NCBI RefSeq assembly: GCF_006345805.1
Contig: NC_043001.1
Coordinates: 102,300,001 to 102,364,000, forward strand
DNA length: 64,000 bases
Reading direction: 5' to 3'
DNA from: Octopus sinensis
Taxonomy: Eukaryota
The notes below the pieces were generated by a model. The model did no database searches and was not told where the DNA came from. It was given only the letters and a program-made list of their open reading frames with translations. Shown piece after piece: positions 36,540-49,519 of the stretch (within the stretch, counting starts at the first letter, position 1; every line of letters begins with the position of its first letter). Position numbers and translations under genes: made by a program.

Positions 36540-37990
36540 TTATTGGAAACTGATTAAGGCGGTCAATATCCTTAACTTCTGACACATCACTGATGTCAAA
36601 GTGTTGTAATCTTCAAGAAGAATGTAATCTTCAGTACCACCCGACACATGATTGATTCCACAGTTTTTAAAATGATTTTGCTGCAATTTCAGTATCCTCA
36701 GCATCCTCTAATTTTGAGACCCACTCACACAGCTGAACAATAGTCGTTGGTTTTATGTCAGATTGGATGGTCCTCAGTTAGTGATTCCAGTCTTCTTTCA
36801 TAAACACTTTAAAAGATTCATTCATGTATATGTCCAGTCGTTGTCCCACAAAAGAAGGGCTAGTTTTTTAGTAAGGTTACAATGATCTGTTGTACTCCAT
36901 CAGAACTTGGCACACTTTTTGTCTCTCCACTTCTCTGGGCAGATATAAATAAAAGTTCTATAAAGAATGTTTGTCTTTTGGCAAAGTATTTATCTTGAAA
37001 ACATTTGTAAGAGTTTGTTTCATCAACACAGCATGACAGCACCAGAGTGTAATGGACTTTCTCATCAACAAATGTCTTTATTTGTAGAGTTTTCGTTTCT
37101 TTACCATTGACTGTCTCATATGATACCATATCAAACATGAACAGCATCGCATCCATGCTTCCAGCCAAACCCAATTTTGTTGTCAGTAACTTTCCTTGCA
37201 TTGGTTATAAGATTTCTTTCTTTTATTCTTTTACTTGTTTCAGTCATTTGACTGTGGCCATGCTGGAGCACAACCTTTAATCGAGCAAATTGACCCCAGG
37301 ACTTTTTTTTTGTAAGCCTAGTGCTTATTCTATCAGTCTCTTTTGCCGAACCGCTAAGTTACGGGGACATAAACACACCAGCATCGGTTGTCATGCGATG
37401 TTGGAGGGACAAACACAGACATACTAACATATACACACACATACATATACATATATATGACAGGCTTCTTTTCAGTTTCCGTCTACCAAATCCACTCACA
37501 AGGCTTTGGTTGGCCTGAGGCTATAGTAGAAGACACTTGCCCAAGGTGCCATGCAGTGGGACTGAACCCAGAACCATGTGATTCGTAAGCAAGCTACTTA
37601 CCACACAGCCACTCGTAGACCTTAATTATTTTATTCCCATAATTTTCTGGCATTTCTTAAGCCACGAAAATCACCCAAACTTTATGCTGCAGCTGTTGCC
37701 GTCTGCAATTTGGATTTATTAATAAAAGTTTTTGTTGACACAACCCAAATATCTCTCCCTAACCCACTAATATTACATTGCTTTCCATTCTGGCCACCTA
37801 ACTGCAGACTTATACAGCTTTCCTTTACATTTTGATACAGGTTTCAACAGATGCTCTTGCTATCTGCAGTAGTATGTTATTTTCCACAATAAAAAGGGCT
37901 TTAAAATACCTTTCTGCAGTTTGGCATGCTTAATTACTTGCACTTGTAGTGGATTCAAAACTGAATCGCTAGGTAGCTGAGTAGACATCA
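36540..37990 (-). pseudogene. pogo (POGK-like DDE_1) transposase relic, interrupted by a SINE
   Basis: ORF ...MDAMLFMFDMVSYETVNGKETKTLQIKT...EKVHYTLVLSCCVDET matches NMDETPxxFDM...TVxIKTTGxEKxxxTVVLxCxADG. Downstream traces include QLCEWV, SFKNCGIN and GGTED; a weaker HTH-like trace lies at 37620-37990. Confidence 0.75.
37223..37614 (-). mobile_element. Family A composite SINE, full length, nested in the pogo relic
   Basis: Both modules are well preserved. Confidence 0.85.
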
Positions 37991-38959
37991 CAACCAAGCC
38001 ACAGTAGTTTCACATGATCGGCCAATTAAGCAAATGATTAGCATCAAGCCATCACATGATTCAACTTTCTCATCGAGCCCTATATAAAGGTGGTTTTTGG
38101 TTCGTAGTAACTCCAGGATGTTGAGGCAATTGCCCAATGTCTCCATTCCTTTGGCAGTTTAGAAGACACAGATTTTGTTATGAATATAGCACAACATGCA
38201 GCCCTAGAAATACATTTTCATTCACCAGCAGAAAACAACAGCCCAAGGTTGTCTTATACTTGCAATATGCTATAATGATATAGGCTTGTGAAACTTTTAA
38301 GTCAAAGTCTTTTCAAGTTGTAAAAATAAGTTCCAGCCCAAAAAGATTTTGGTCTGAATTGGTAAAGATTAAAACCTCTGAAGGTTGAAGAGAAGGCAAA
38401 GCTGCTAAATTTTGAAATAAAAGTGCACAGCTAATCACTAAACAGGTGTAGGGTGGGAAAAATTGTCAAATTGCTTTCAACAATAGTCATGTGAAATGTA
38501 TAAGAAAAGGATTTTGCTGAAAATACAGTTTGTATAACATAGACTAATTAACAAGTGCAGCTGCTTGCTGGACTCATTAATTAGTGATAAATTTCAATTC
38601 ACATATTTTGAATCGGCCAGACTTATAGTTAGCTGTTATACTCACAAGCCACCAATACCACATTCTCAATGAAGTGGTGCATTGTGTCAGTACATATCAC
38701 TCAGAGATGACACCAAGTAACAAAAATGAAGTGTGATAGAGAAACAAGAAGTAAATCTCAGTGAAATTTCCATGAAAGGTGTAAAGAACTGTCAGACGAT
38801 TAAAAACACATAAGTGTACAAGACATTCCACAGAAAGATGGCTACGTTCCATGTATGTTTTCAGTTGAAACCCTTTTAATAAATTGCAAGTTTTGTTTCA
38901 TGACCTACTGGTGTTTTGGTGTTTTTCTTTATTATCAGCTTTAACCATTTATTATTCAG

Positions 38960-39540
38960 ACCGTTACCAGCATCGCCTTACTGGCACCTGTGACGGCGTC
39001 ATGTGTAAAGGATTCGAGTGAGGTCGTTGTCAGTACCACCTGACTGGCTCCGTGCTGGGGGCACGTAAAAGCACCCACGACACTCTCGGAGTGGCTGGCG
39101 TTAGGAAGGGCATCCATCTGTAGAAACTCTGCCAGATCAAGATTGAAGCCTGGTGCAGACATCTGGTTTGCCAGCCCTCAGTCAAATCGTCCAACCTATG
39201 CTAGCATGGAAAGCGGACATTAAACGACGATGATGATGATTCTTTATTTATTCATATTGTTTTGAATTCATTATACATTATCTTGCGACCTTGAGATTTC
39301 TATGATATGATTGTTTATTTTTTTAGGACCTTTCCTGTGCTTGTGCCACCAAAACTGACCGTGCCTGTGCCACGTAAAAAGCAATTTGCTGAGTGGTTGG
39401 TGTTAGGAAAGGCATCCAGCTGCACTAAAATCCAGCCAAAACAGTTGCAGAAGTTTGGTGCCAGCTTCTGCCTGCCTGGCTCCTGTCAAACCATCTCACC
39501 CATATCAGCAGGGAAGGTGGACATTAAATGATGATGAAGA
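38960..39540 (+). mobile_element. Two consecutive RTE-tail repeats
   Basis: Array remnant plus tail ending ~39240; second tail ending ~39540. Confidence 0.75.
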
Positions 39541-42439
39541 ATGAGATTGTAGGGTAGGTGTGAGAGGCTTGATTTAGTTGAACTGAATATAAAACTGGTA
39601 GAGTATTTGAGGCTGATATGGCCAGTTTGAATGCTAAAGGGTTAAAACTAATTCCACTGTTTCCTGTTGATGCTGCCTCAAAACAACACCTTTCATTTCA
39701 TAAACAACAGAAAACACACAAAAAAACAAGAGGTGAGGGATGGTTCAGTTACAATGGCCATAATATTAAATCAAATTAGCAGATAACATATTTAATATAT
39801 TGCAATGTTATTCATTTTGTCACATTTTACTGCCCCTTTAAGGATTGAATGGTGTGAAGAGAGTGAAAAACCTGGTAAAATGAATCTGCTTACAAGACAA
39901 TGTGTTCGTCTATAAATACTTGCTAATAACAGAATGAACTTTTGTAATCACTAAAAGATTTTTAGAGATATTTTTTGGTTTATTTACTATTTTAGCAAAG
40001 TATAATCTACGCACATCATTCATAGGTCACAGACAGATTACTGTCCCTTAAAGACAATCCTCCTCTGGGATTCAGACTAGTTTATGGAAACTGGAGCATT
40101 TGTCTTCTATGATGCACAATAAATTTTCAAAAGTTATTTTAGGAAAAACAGTGTCCTGTCTGAAAATATGGTACCAAATGCAATTATTTTTTATAGAACA
40201 GAGATTATTTTTTACTGAGGAGAGAATAATGCTACTTTAGTTAGTAAAGAACTTGTTAGCTCTAATGTGATAGTTTAACCCTTTTGATACCAACCCTGTT
40301 GAAACTGCTTTTGTCTGTATAATACAAATTTCATGTTTTAAAGAGATCTAAATGAAAACCTGTCGTCAAAATTTCATGTTAATTTATGTTCTAATCACCA
40401 GTTTAATAACGACAATATTATTTTACTACGTTGCTTATTATTTTCAAAATTAATTATAATAAAGTTAATGTATTTCAACAGAAATCTGGTAACAAAATGG
40501 TCAAGTTGTTCAAAGCCCTTTATTGTGTACTTGCCAACTCCTTTATCTGGCATGTGACACATGTGTGGTTTGGTTCCCTTACGTTGTTCTATTCATTAAC
40601 TCTGTCTAAAGTCATATTTATGTGTTATAAAAGTTTATGTTACCGAAATCTTAAAATACTTATGGTTATTATTTACTATTTCATATTCTGGGGTTTGTTT
40701 CGATCTTCTGAAGAATATCAATGTGATTTGAACTATATTAAATAGTTTGGGGCTTTCAAAATAGTGAAGATCCCCATGAGATGTGAGAGGAATTAAATAC
40801 TGTTCAGTTATCCAATAACACACACACATATATATATATAAAAAGAGTTACTTTGATAGTTTAAGATATTTTAGCAGAAGTTGTGGTGCAATGATCCAAC
40901 ATACAAGAGATACACTGGTTGACCCCGCCACCTTGTGGGTAGCTTCATTCACTTTTGTGTCTTAGGTTGTATTTGAATACATATTATATTAACGTTACAC
41001 ATACACACATGCACGCACACACACATGACATTTTCCTATGTATGTATTAGACATACAAACTAGACGCTGCCTACTCGTATCTGCAAACACTTCACTTCAC
41101 ATATTCCCCCGTGGCTAACTGTATACACAAAGACTTCCATTTTTCACACTTTGCTAACTTCAATGCATCACATACTATCTATCGACAAAAAGTATGAACT
41201 TTTCACTTGTGAGCAAGAAAACACATTAGTCATCTTCAAATATATTCTCTGCTTCCGGAAACTTCTGAACGATGTAGATTTGGAAAAATTAAAATAGATT
41301 GGAAATATGAAATATAACAAAAAAAAAAAAAGGTAAATAAATAGGACAAATTTTTAAAAAAAGAACAAAAAAAAACTTGAAGAAATGGCTAAAAATATTG
41401 TTTTGAAGAACATTGTTCAATGGAAGGAGGAGGGGTAATTTAAAGATAAATCCCAACATGGGCAGAACTAAATCAACCTTTAGATATATTCTAATGATTA
41501 TATTGTATGTACATGTGTATGAGCAGGTACTTGTGCTGGTGCCACATATAAAGCACTGATACCAGATCAGAAGCACCCTGTACACTCTGTAAAGTGGAAG
41601 GGCATCCGGTCATAGAAACCATGTCAAAACAGATGATTGGAGCCTGGTGCAACAACTGTCTGGCTTGCCAGCATGGAAAAAGAGACATTAAATAATGATG
41701 ATGATCTCTTTGTTTCACACACTCATATACATACATATATACACATATACATATTTACAGTATCTATATACATATACCTGCTTATATATATATTTATCTG
41801 TACACACACATTCACACAAACACATATGAGGAGAGAGAGGGGGGATGAACATGAATACACTCAACATACAAACACATAAACATGCAGTTCTATATTTAAG
41901 AGACGAGGAATTATATACATTATTTACGTTTAAAAGGTATTTGTCCTCATCTTTTTTGTTGATAACACAACATTTCGGCTGTTATACCCTCCAGCCTTCA
42001 TCAGCTGTCTTGGGGAAATTTTGAACCTAGGTTCTCATTCCTAAGGTATTTTCTGATGTTGTTGTTGTTGTTGTTCTTCTTCTTATTATTATTATTCAGG
42101 TCACTGCTTGGAATCAAACTCAGAATTGTGGGGTTAGTAGCCATGCTCTTAACCACTATGCTATATGCCCAGGCATATAGCATATTGGTTAAGAGTGCAG
42201 GCTACTAACCCCAAGATCTATTTCCACTTTCTGTAATTTGTAATTTTCTCAAATTTTTGTACATGATGCTTCCATTTTAGTTGGGCCTCACAAAATGGTG
42301 CCTTGGCACTTTCAAAGGAACTGCTCTCTCTACCATGTATCTATAAAGTACTAATCTGTATATCTCAAGCACTGTACTAAATGCCTCTTCCAGATGGATT
42401 GAGTTCTGTGTACCTGATGATTCAATATATGCTTATACA

Positions 42440-42870
42440 AAGGTAGTGAGCAAGCAGAAACGTTAGCACGCCGGGCGAAATGCTTAATGGTATTTCATCT
42501 GTCTTTACGTTCTGAGTTCAAATTCTGCCGAGGTTGACTTTGCCTTTCATCCTTTCGGGGTCGATTAAATAAGTACCAGTTACACACTGGGGTCAATTAA
42601 ATAAGTACCAGTTACGCACTGGGGTCGATTAAATAAGTACCAGTTACGCACTGGGTCGATATAATCAACTTAATCCATTTGTCTGTCCTTGTTTGTCCTC
42701 TCTGTGTTTAGCCCCTTGTGGGTAGTAAAGAAATAGGTATTTCATGTCTTTACATTCTGAGTTCAAATTCTGCCAAGGACATACTTTGCCTTGCATCCTT
42801 TTGGAGTTGATAAATTAAGTACCAGTTGCAATCTAATCAACTGGCCCCCTCCCCCAAAATTTCGGGCCAA
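42440..42870 (+). mobile_element. Family B SINE with internal 32-nt triplication, followed by a partial second copy
   Basis: Three tandem ggggtcgattaaataagtaccagttacgcact units at 42557-42652; a second partial SINE body from ~42737. Confidence 0.85.
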
Positions 42871-43026
42871 CTATGGTTTTGCTATGGCTTTATTAGCCAT
42901 ATTCAGCCTAGCAAGTTCTAATCAAACTTGCTTTATTTCGACTGGAAGTAGTTGCAACATACAGAAGCAGAGCTGTAAATAATTTTTGACAGGTATAATT
43001 TACCTTAGAAAAATAGAATGGATTAA

Positions 43027-44111
43027 CCCTTTCGTTACCAAACCGCCCAAAGCTGCCTGAAAAAAATTTTGGTTAATGTGACCAAACCGCCCAAAGCCGC
43101 CCGAATTTACCTATTCATATTTAAATGAGAATATCAGAGCAAATCGCTTTAGTACATTCATGAAAACACGTGATTATGCTTCGTAAACAGTTCATCTACA
43201 GTTTTGTACAACGATCGACGTGTAATTTTAATTCCCTGAATTTTGGGAGATTTTTTTCCACATTTTTTTCGGCATCAATTTTTCTTCAACTTTGAAAATG
43301 GAGAGGAGTTTCATGTTATCAAGCATTGATTCCGAATTGGAAAATTTGTGAAACAAATACTGGGTACTATTGTGTATTTAGTTTTTATACAGGGAAACTA
43401 ATGTTAGTCAGCATGGCTTAGGGTATGATGTGGTCTGGAAGTTATTGTTTGAAGCGATCAATGCGGAAACAAACTTACGCAGAATGTAAACAAAACATAA
43501 AATGGGGGATCAAATTTCGGAAAATTTGTGAAGCAAATACTGGGTACTGCGTGGATTTAGTTTTTATACAGGGAAAATAATGTTAGTCAGCATGGCCTAG
43601 GGAATGATGTGGTCTGGAATTTATCACTTCCATACCATAACCAGGGCCGTATATTATTTTTTGACCGATTTCTTTAGTTCGGTCAAACTTACGGTGGATT
43701 CCAGTATTTCACTTTATTCCACCTTTATGGTACACCTGTTGTGCATTAAATTCAACTGATGATATAGTGATGTGCACAATTCTTCTTTATCAAAATTTTG
43801 TTGCATACCCATTTGAATATTAGCTGATGATTCATTTTCTATGGTGATATTTAAACAAAATTTTAATATTTTTACCTTTTGCTCAATTTACCTGAATTTA
43901 CCTGTAATTAAAGTCACTTTGAGACAAAAGTTACGCAATAGAATTGATTAAGAACCCATTCTTTAATTATGTTCCAAATATCACATTAATATGTTGATAA
44001 ATAAAAAAGTTACAGTTATTTAATGAAACAAGCCTAGATTCATGATTATTTTAGAATTTAATTGAAACTCATGAGGGGTGTATTTTGGTCAGAAATATAG
44101 TAACGAAAGGG
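43027..44111. mobile_element. Non-autonomous piggyBac-type DNA transposon, 1085 bp
   Basis: TTAA on both sides (43023-43026, 44112-44115); perfect 12-bp TIR ccctttcgttac / gtaacgaaaggg; internal direct repeats. Confidence 0.88.
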
Positions 44112-44485
44112 TTAAAAGAAATAAGTCAATTGGACCCATGACATGAACGTAGAGGTGTGTAAGTTAAAGGATGTGTGCTGAATGGCAGAGGCAAAATTTT
44201 TTTAATTAATTGAAATTTCTCTCTTGGAGGAACAAAACAAATACCTAGTGGTAATTGTTATTCATTAAAAAAAAAAGAGTAAATTTATCTCAGAGTAACT
44301 AATCTAAAATTCATGGCAATTGGTTCACTTGAGTTATCTTGGTTCTTTTATTTTTTAATTATTAAGAGCAACTGATGACAAGCTGCAGGCAAATCAAAGG
44401 TAATTGTTCTGTGATTCCACCAACTATTCTTGGCATCGACAGTTGATAAATGTGCTTAATAAATGTATGTATGAACGAAGGTGCC

Positions 44486-44537
<52 letters not shown>

Positions 44538-45544
44538 GGGAGAGAGTGAGAGAGAGAGAGAGAGAAACCATTAGGGAATACTGCATACATTGGTCATGTT
44601 TGAAACATATTCAGAATGTTTGAGATATGTTAGATAGCACTGATGTAACTCTATCTAAACTAAACTAAAATGGAACCTGCTAACAAGATTACCAAGAGAA
44701 GTGAACCGAGCAGGGAATCTCAATGCATATTTTGTAACAGAACCCATTCATATTTTGTGATCTTGTTAGCAGTTTCCAACTTAATTTCATTTTGTATCAT
44801 ATGAAGTTGAATATCACTGTGCACAACATACACTGATGGTTCACCAGTAATACTAAATTCACAAAACTCTACATTTCTGAACCAACTGAGGAATCATTCC
44901 ATTACAACCTGAGAAGTCTTGCTCATCCTCTTTTTTTTTTTTTTTTGTGAAATAAAATAGAAAAAAACAAAACATGAGCAAGGGGCAGAACTTTTCATAC
45001 TAAATCTAATATAATTAATATCATTACTACTGAGCCTATGTGGGTGCCTTGATATGTCTACTTGACTTGCTAGGAATAATGACAAAATAAAAGGTCCACT
45101 TTACCAACTGAAAGACATCCGAAGGCCAATGTAAAATGATACATTCACAAATATACTGATGGCCCTTTACACAAATATTCATACCATGCCAACATGGAAA
45201 ACGAACATTAAACGATGATGATGAAGGATAAAATGATTCAGAGCTGCATAGGAAAATCTAATTGGAAAATTAACTGAAATATATCAGTAAATGTAGAGAC
45301 AGATATGAATATGAAAACTGCAGTTAGGAGAATAAAGATATTAAATAGCATAGAAAAGCATGATTAAAAACTCATAGTTTTATACACAGATAATTACATG
45401 TATGTATGTATTTATACACATAAAGATAAAAATATAGACATGATTACAAATAGTCCTATGCATATTTATATATATACACCCATAAAAAATATGCAACAGG
45501 CAAAAATGTATTCACACACATACATATATAAATGTATGTGTGTG

Positions 45545-45750
45545 TGTATATCATCATCATCGTTTAGCGTCTGCTTTCCATGCTAGCATGGGTTGGACGG
45601 TTCAACTGGGGTTTAGGAAGCCAGAAGGCTGCACCAGGCCCAGTCTGATCTGGCAATGTTTCTACGGCTGGATGCCCTTCCAAACGCCAACCACTCCATG
45701 AGTGTAGTGGGTGCTTTTTACGTGCCACCAGCACAGGTGCCAGACGAGGC
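45545..45750 (-). mobile_element. RTE-tail element
   Basis: tcatcatcatcgtttagcgtc...gctggatgcccttccaaacgccaaccactcc. Confidence 0.8.
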
Positions 45751-45784
45751 TACACAGACACACATTCATATAAGCATAAAGTTT

Positions 45785-46045
45785 ACACTGTAAAGTGGTT
45801 GGTGTTTGCAAGGGCATCCAGCTGTAAAAACCTTGCCAAAACTGACCTCGCCTGTACTTGTGCCATGTAAAAAGCACTAAATCCAATCTGTTGAGTGGCT
45901 GGTGTTAGGAAGGGCATCCAGCTGTAAGAATTCTGCCAAAACAGTCACAGAAGTCTGGTGCAGGCTTTTGCCTGGCCAGTCTTGTCAAACTGTCCCACCC
46001 AAGCTAGCATGGAAGAAGGACTTTACACAATGATGATGGTGATGA
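45785..46045 (+). mobile_element. RTE-tail element with duplicated tail unit
   Basis: Two agggcatccagctgtaa units, then a gatgatggtgatgat tail. Confidence 0.75.
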
Positions 46046-46136
46046 TAAAAATATACATGTATATGCATATATACATACACATATATATATATTGACATAT
46101 GCTGGCACACAAATTTAAATATTGTTTCAAATTGTT

Positions 46137-46337
46137 GGCACAATGCCAACAATTTCGGTGTGGAAGGAGTAAATCAATCACATTGGCCTGAGTATTCAAA
46201 TGGTTCATATTTTATCGACCCTGAAAGGATGAAAGGCAAAGTCAACCTCAACGGAATTTGAATTCAGAGTGTAGAGACATACAAATTGCCAGTAGGCATT
46301 TTGCCTGACATGCAAACGATTCTGCCAGCTGACCACC
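46137..46337 (-). mobile_element. Family B SINE (decayed)
   Basis: ttttatcgaccctgaaaggatgaaaggcaaagtcaacctc. Confidence 0.7.
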
Positions 46338-47477
46338 AACACAAATTAAAAATATTAAAATCTTACAGGTAAAACAAGAGTGTAAACATGTCCTTTTTAT
46401 ACAACTGATTTGTGAAAAACAGAGGGGGAAGAGTCCCTTGACAAACCATTGCAGAATTTGTTGATCAATTCTCAAATAAGACAATACATGACTTTCTTCT
46501 GTAATCAACAGCACAGATCTGTTGGTATCGAAAGTAGTCATAGATTAGTGTAGCAGTGTAGTGGATAGCTTAATTTGCATGTTCATGCTTTGATAACTCT
46601 TCATTAAGCAAATAATACTTTATGCACAACAGTGTAAATCAGATGAACTGAGTGTGGCTGTGTGGTAAGAAGTTTGCTTCCCAACTGCAAGGTTATGGGT
46701 TCAGTCCCAACTTGGCCCCTTGGGACAATGTCTTCTGCTATAGTCCCTGGCCTACCAAAAGCTTGTGAGTGGATTTGGCAACTGAAAGAAACCTATTTCA
46801 TGTGTGTGTGTGCATTCACACACACATTTATACTTCAAGGTCTATTGTAATTGTTGATGGTGAGGTTGTGACTATCATAACTGTTCATCATAATTTTCCA
46901 TTTAAATTTTTTATTTAAGTTTATATCTAAATTGTAGTCAAAGACTGGAAAAAGCTGTACAAATGCGTCTGCGTCCTTCACCATTCCTCTTATCTTCAGA
47001 GCCCAGATAAAATTGTCCAATACAGCCCCCACCACAATTCAGTGCCACCCACTTTGTGAAATGCTACTTTGAGAATTCTGCCAATTCCACCCCCCCTCAC
47101 CACACACACACACACACGTATGTAAAAGACTATGTATGTATATGGATGCATTTATATGGAGAAGGGAGATCTAGCTGAATAAATAAATACAATGACAGAC
47201 TTATAAGGCAGGCAGATGGATAGATATGGTAATTCTAATTATCATGAGGACATGTAATTACATTTAGATTGGATTACATTGGAATATAGAATTATGCATT
47301 GTCACATATACACATGCAAGAGTGTATATATATGTATGTTCATTTGTGTGTACATAGATATATGTACATACACATATACATACACACACTGATCATATAA
47401 TCAAAAGTTCATGCTACTAACAAATATCAAAAATAAGAGGTAAAAAAACACCATCAACAATGACAGAGGTGTTAGTC

Positions 47478-48380
47478 ATCATCATCATCGTCGTCGTTTG
47501 ATGTCCGCTTTCCATGCTGGCATGGGTTGGACAGTTTGACTGAAGACTGGCGAACCAGAAGGCTGCACCAGGCTCCAATCTGATCTGGCAGAGTTTCTAC
47601 AGCTGGATGCCCTTCCTAACACCAACCACTCTGAGTGTATAGTGGGTGCTTTTACGTGCCACCAACACGAGGGCCAGTCAGGTGGTTCTGGCAACAACCA
47701 TGCTCAAAATGTGTTTTCTATGTGCTACATGCACAGGAGCCAGTCCAGCGGCACTGGCAATGTCCATGCTCAAATGTTGCTTTTCATGTGCCACCAGCAC
47801 ATGTGCCAGTAAGGCGACGCTGGTAATGACGACGCTCCAATGGTGCTTTATTAACATGACACTGGCACGGGAGCCAGTCAGCAGCCCTGGCAACAATCAC
47901 GCTCTGATGGTGCTTTTAACTTTCCACTGGCACAAGTGCCAATCAGGTGGTACTGTCATCAGCCACATCAGCGATTTTGATTTGTTTTCATTTGCCTCAA
48001 TAGGTCTTCGCAAGCAAAGTTCATTGTCCAATGAATGAGGGGTACTCATAAGGGGGCCGGTAAACCCCCAAGATGTACAAGTGCCAATCAGGTGGTACTG
48101 TCATTGGCCACGTCAGCAATTTTGATTTCACTTGCCTCAACAGCTCTCCGCAAGCAAAGTTTATTGCCCAATGAATGACGGGTACTCATAAGTGGGCTAG
48201 TTATATACCACTGGCATAGGTTATGGTCTCACTTGGCTTGTCGGGTCTTCTCCAGCACAGTATATCTCCAAAGGTCTCGGTCACTTGTCATTGCCTTGGT
48301 AGGGCCCAATGTTCGAAGTCGTACTTCACCACCTCATCTCAGGTCTTCCTGGGTCTACCTCTTCCACAGGTTCCCTCAAA
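47478..48380 (-). mobile_element. 5'-truncated RTE copy: ORF end, 3' UTR with ~120-bp duplication, tandem array and tail
   Basis: Minus-strand GRGRPRKT remnant near 48340-48375; direct repeat 47932-48052 / 48077-48192; (GAT)n tail at 47478. Confidence 0.8.
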
Positions 48381-48804
48381 TATTTATTGTAGTAGTGGTA
48401 TTAAGAAGAAGACACAGACTAAGAGAGAGCATCTATTAACTCATGGTAGGTTGTTGTAGTATAACATAGATCATACTTAATTCTAAAGACCTTTGATTTA
48501 TGATATTCCAGCCATGCTGTATCTGTCCATATTACCCATATATCTTTTCATTTTTAAGACAATAGTGAATTACAGGAGGTTTGGCTGCTATATTTAACAA
48601 GTTGAGCAACTTCACAGAGATTCGATTAGTTGGTGCTGATGTTGCTATTACTGGTCAATGGAGGTGGTATGGATGGTGATGAAACGGGGGTCAAATTATC
48701 GCCAAACAACAATCCAACAGCTATAAAGTGTTTCTTTCATGAAATATCAAATCATTGTAAAAATAAGAACTATTTCTATCGTTGATGGTGGAGGCTGTTG
48801 TGAC

Positions 48805-49200
48805 TGTATGCCTCACTGGCACTTGTGCCCCGTGCTAAGAGCACCATCCGAGCGTGATCGTTGCCAGAGCGGCTATCTGGCTTCCGTGCCGGTGGCACGT
48901 AAAAGGCACCATTTGAGCGTGATCACTACCAGCATCGCCTTATTGGCACCTGTGCCGGTGGCATGTGTAAAAAGATTCAAGCGAGGTCGTTGCCAGTATT
49001 GCCTGATTGGCTCCCGTGCCGGTGGCATGTAAAAGCACCCACTACACTCTCAGAGTGGTTGGCGTTAGGAATGGCATCCAGCTGTAGAAACTCTGCCAGA
49101 TCAAGATTGGAACCTGGTGCAGCCATCTGGTTCGCCAGACCTCAGTCAAATCGTCCAACCCATGCTAGCATGGAAAGCGGACGTTAAATGATGATGATGA
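48805..49200 (+). mobile_element. RTE-tail element with four ~65-nt array units
   Basis: gtgccggtggcac...aaaagcacc units, followed by the conserved tail and (GAT)n. Confidence 0.85.
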
Positions 49201-49519
49201 ATGGTGGCTGTTGTTTAATCCTCTGTCAGCCCTGATCAAGCAGCAAAAGTGTTCGAACAAGACCCAGGCAAAGCTGTGTGGTAAAACATTTCCTTTCCAA
49301 CCACATGGTTCTGGGTTCAATGCCTTTTGGGCAAGTGTCTTCTACTATAGCCTCATGCCAACTGAAGCCGTGTGAGCAGATTTGACAGACATAGACTGAA
49401 AGAAGCCTATCTTATATGTCTGTGTGTCTGTGTTTGTCTTCCACCACTGCTTGACAAGTGGTGTTAGTGTGTCTACATCTCCGTAACTTGGCACTCAAAC
49501 TTGCTGCAAATGTTTAGAC

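Noticed and set aside
48805-49045. CRISPR-like repeat/spacer appearance of palindromic gtgccggtggcac units
   Set aside because: The 'spacers' are homologous to each other, the arrays sit inside a retroposon tail, and there are no cas genes; it is a eukaryotic minisatellite.
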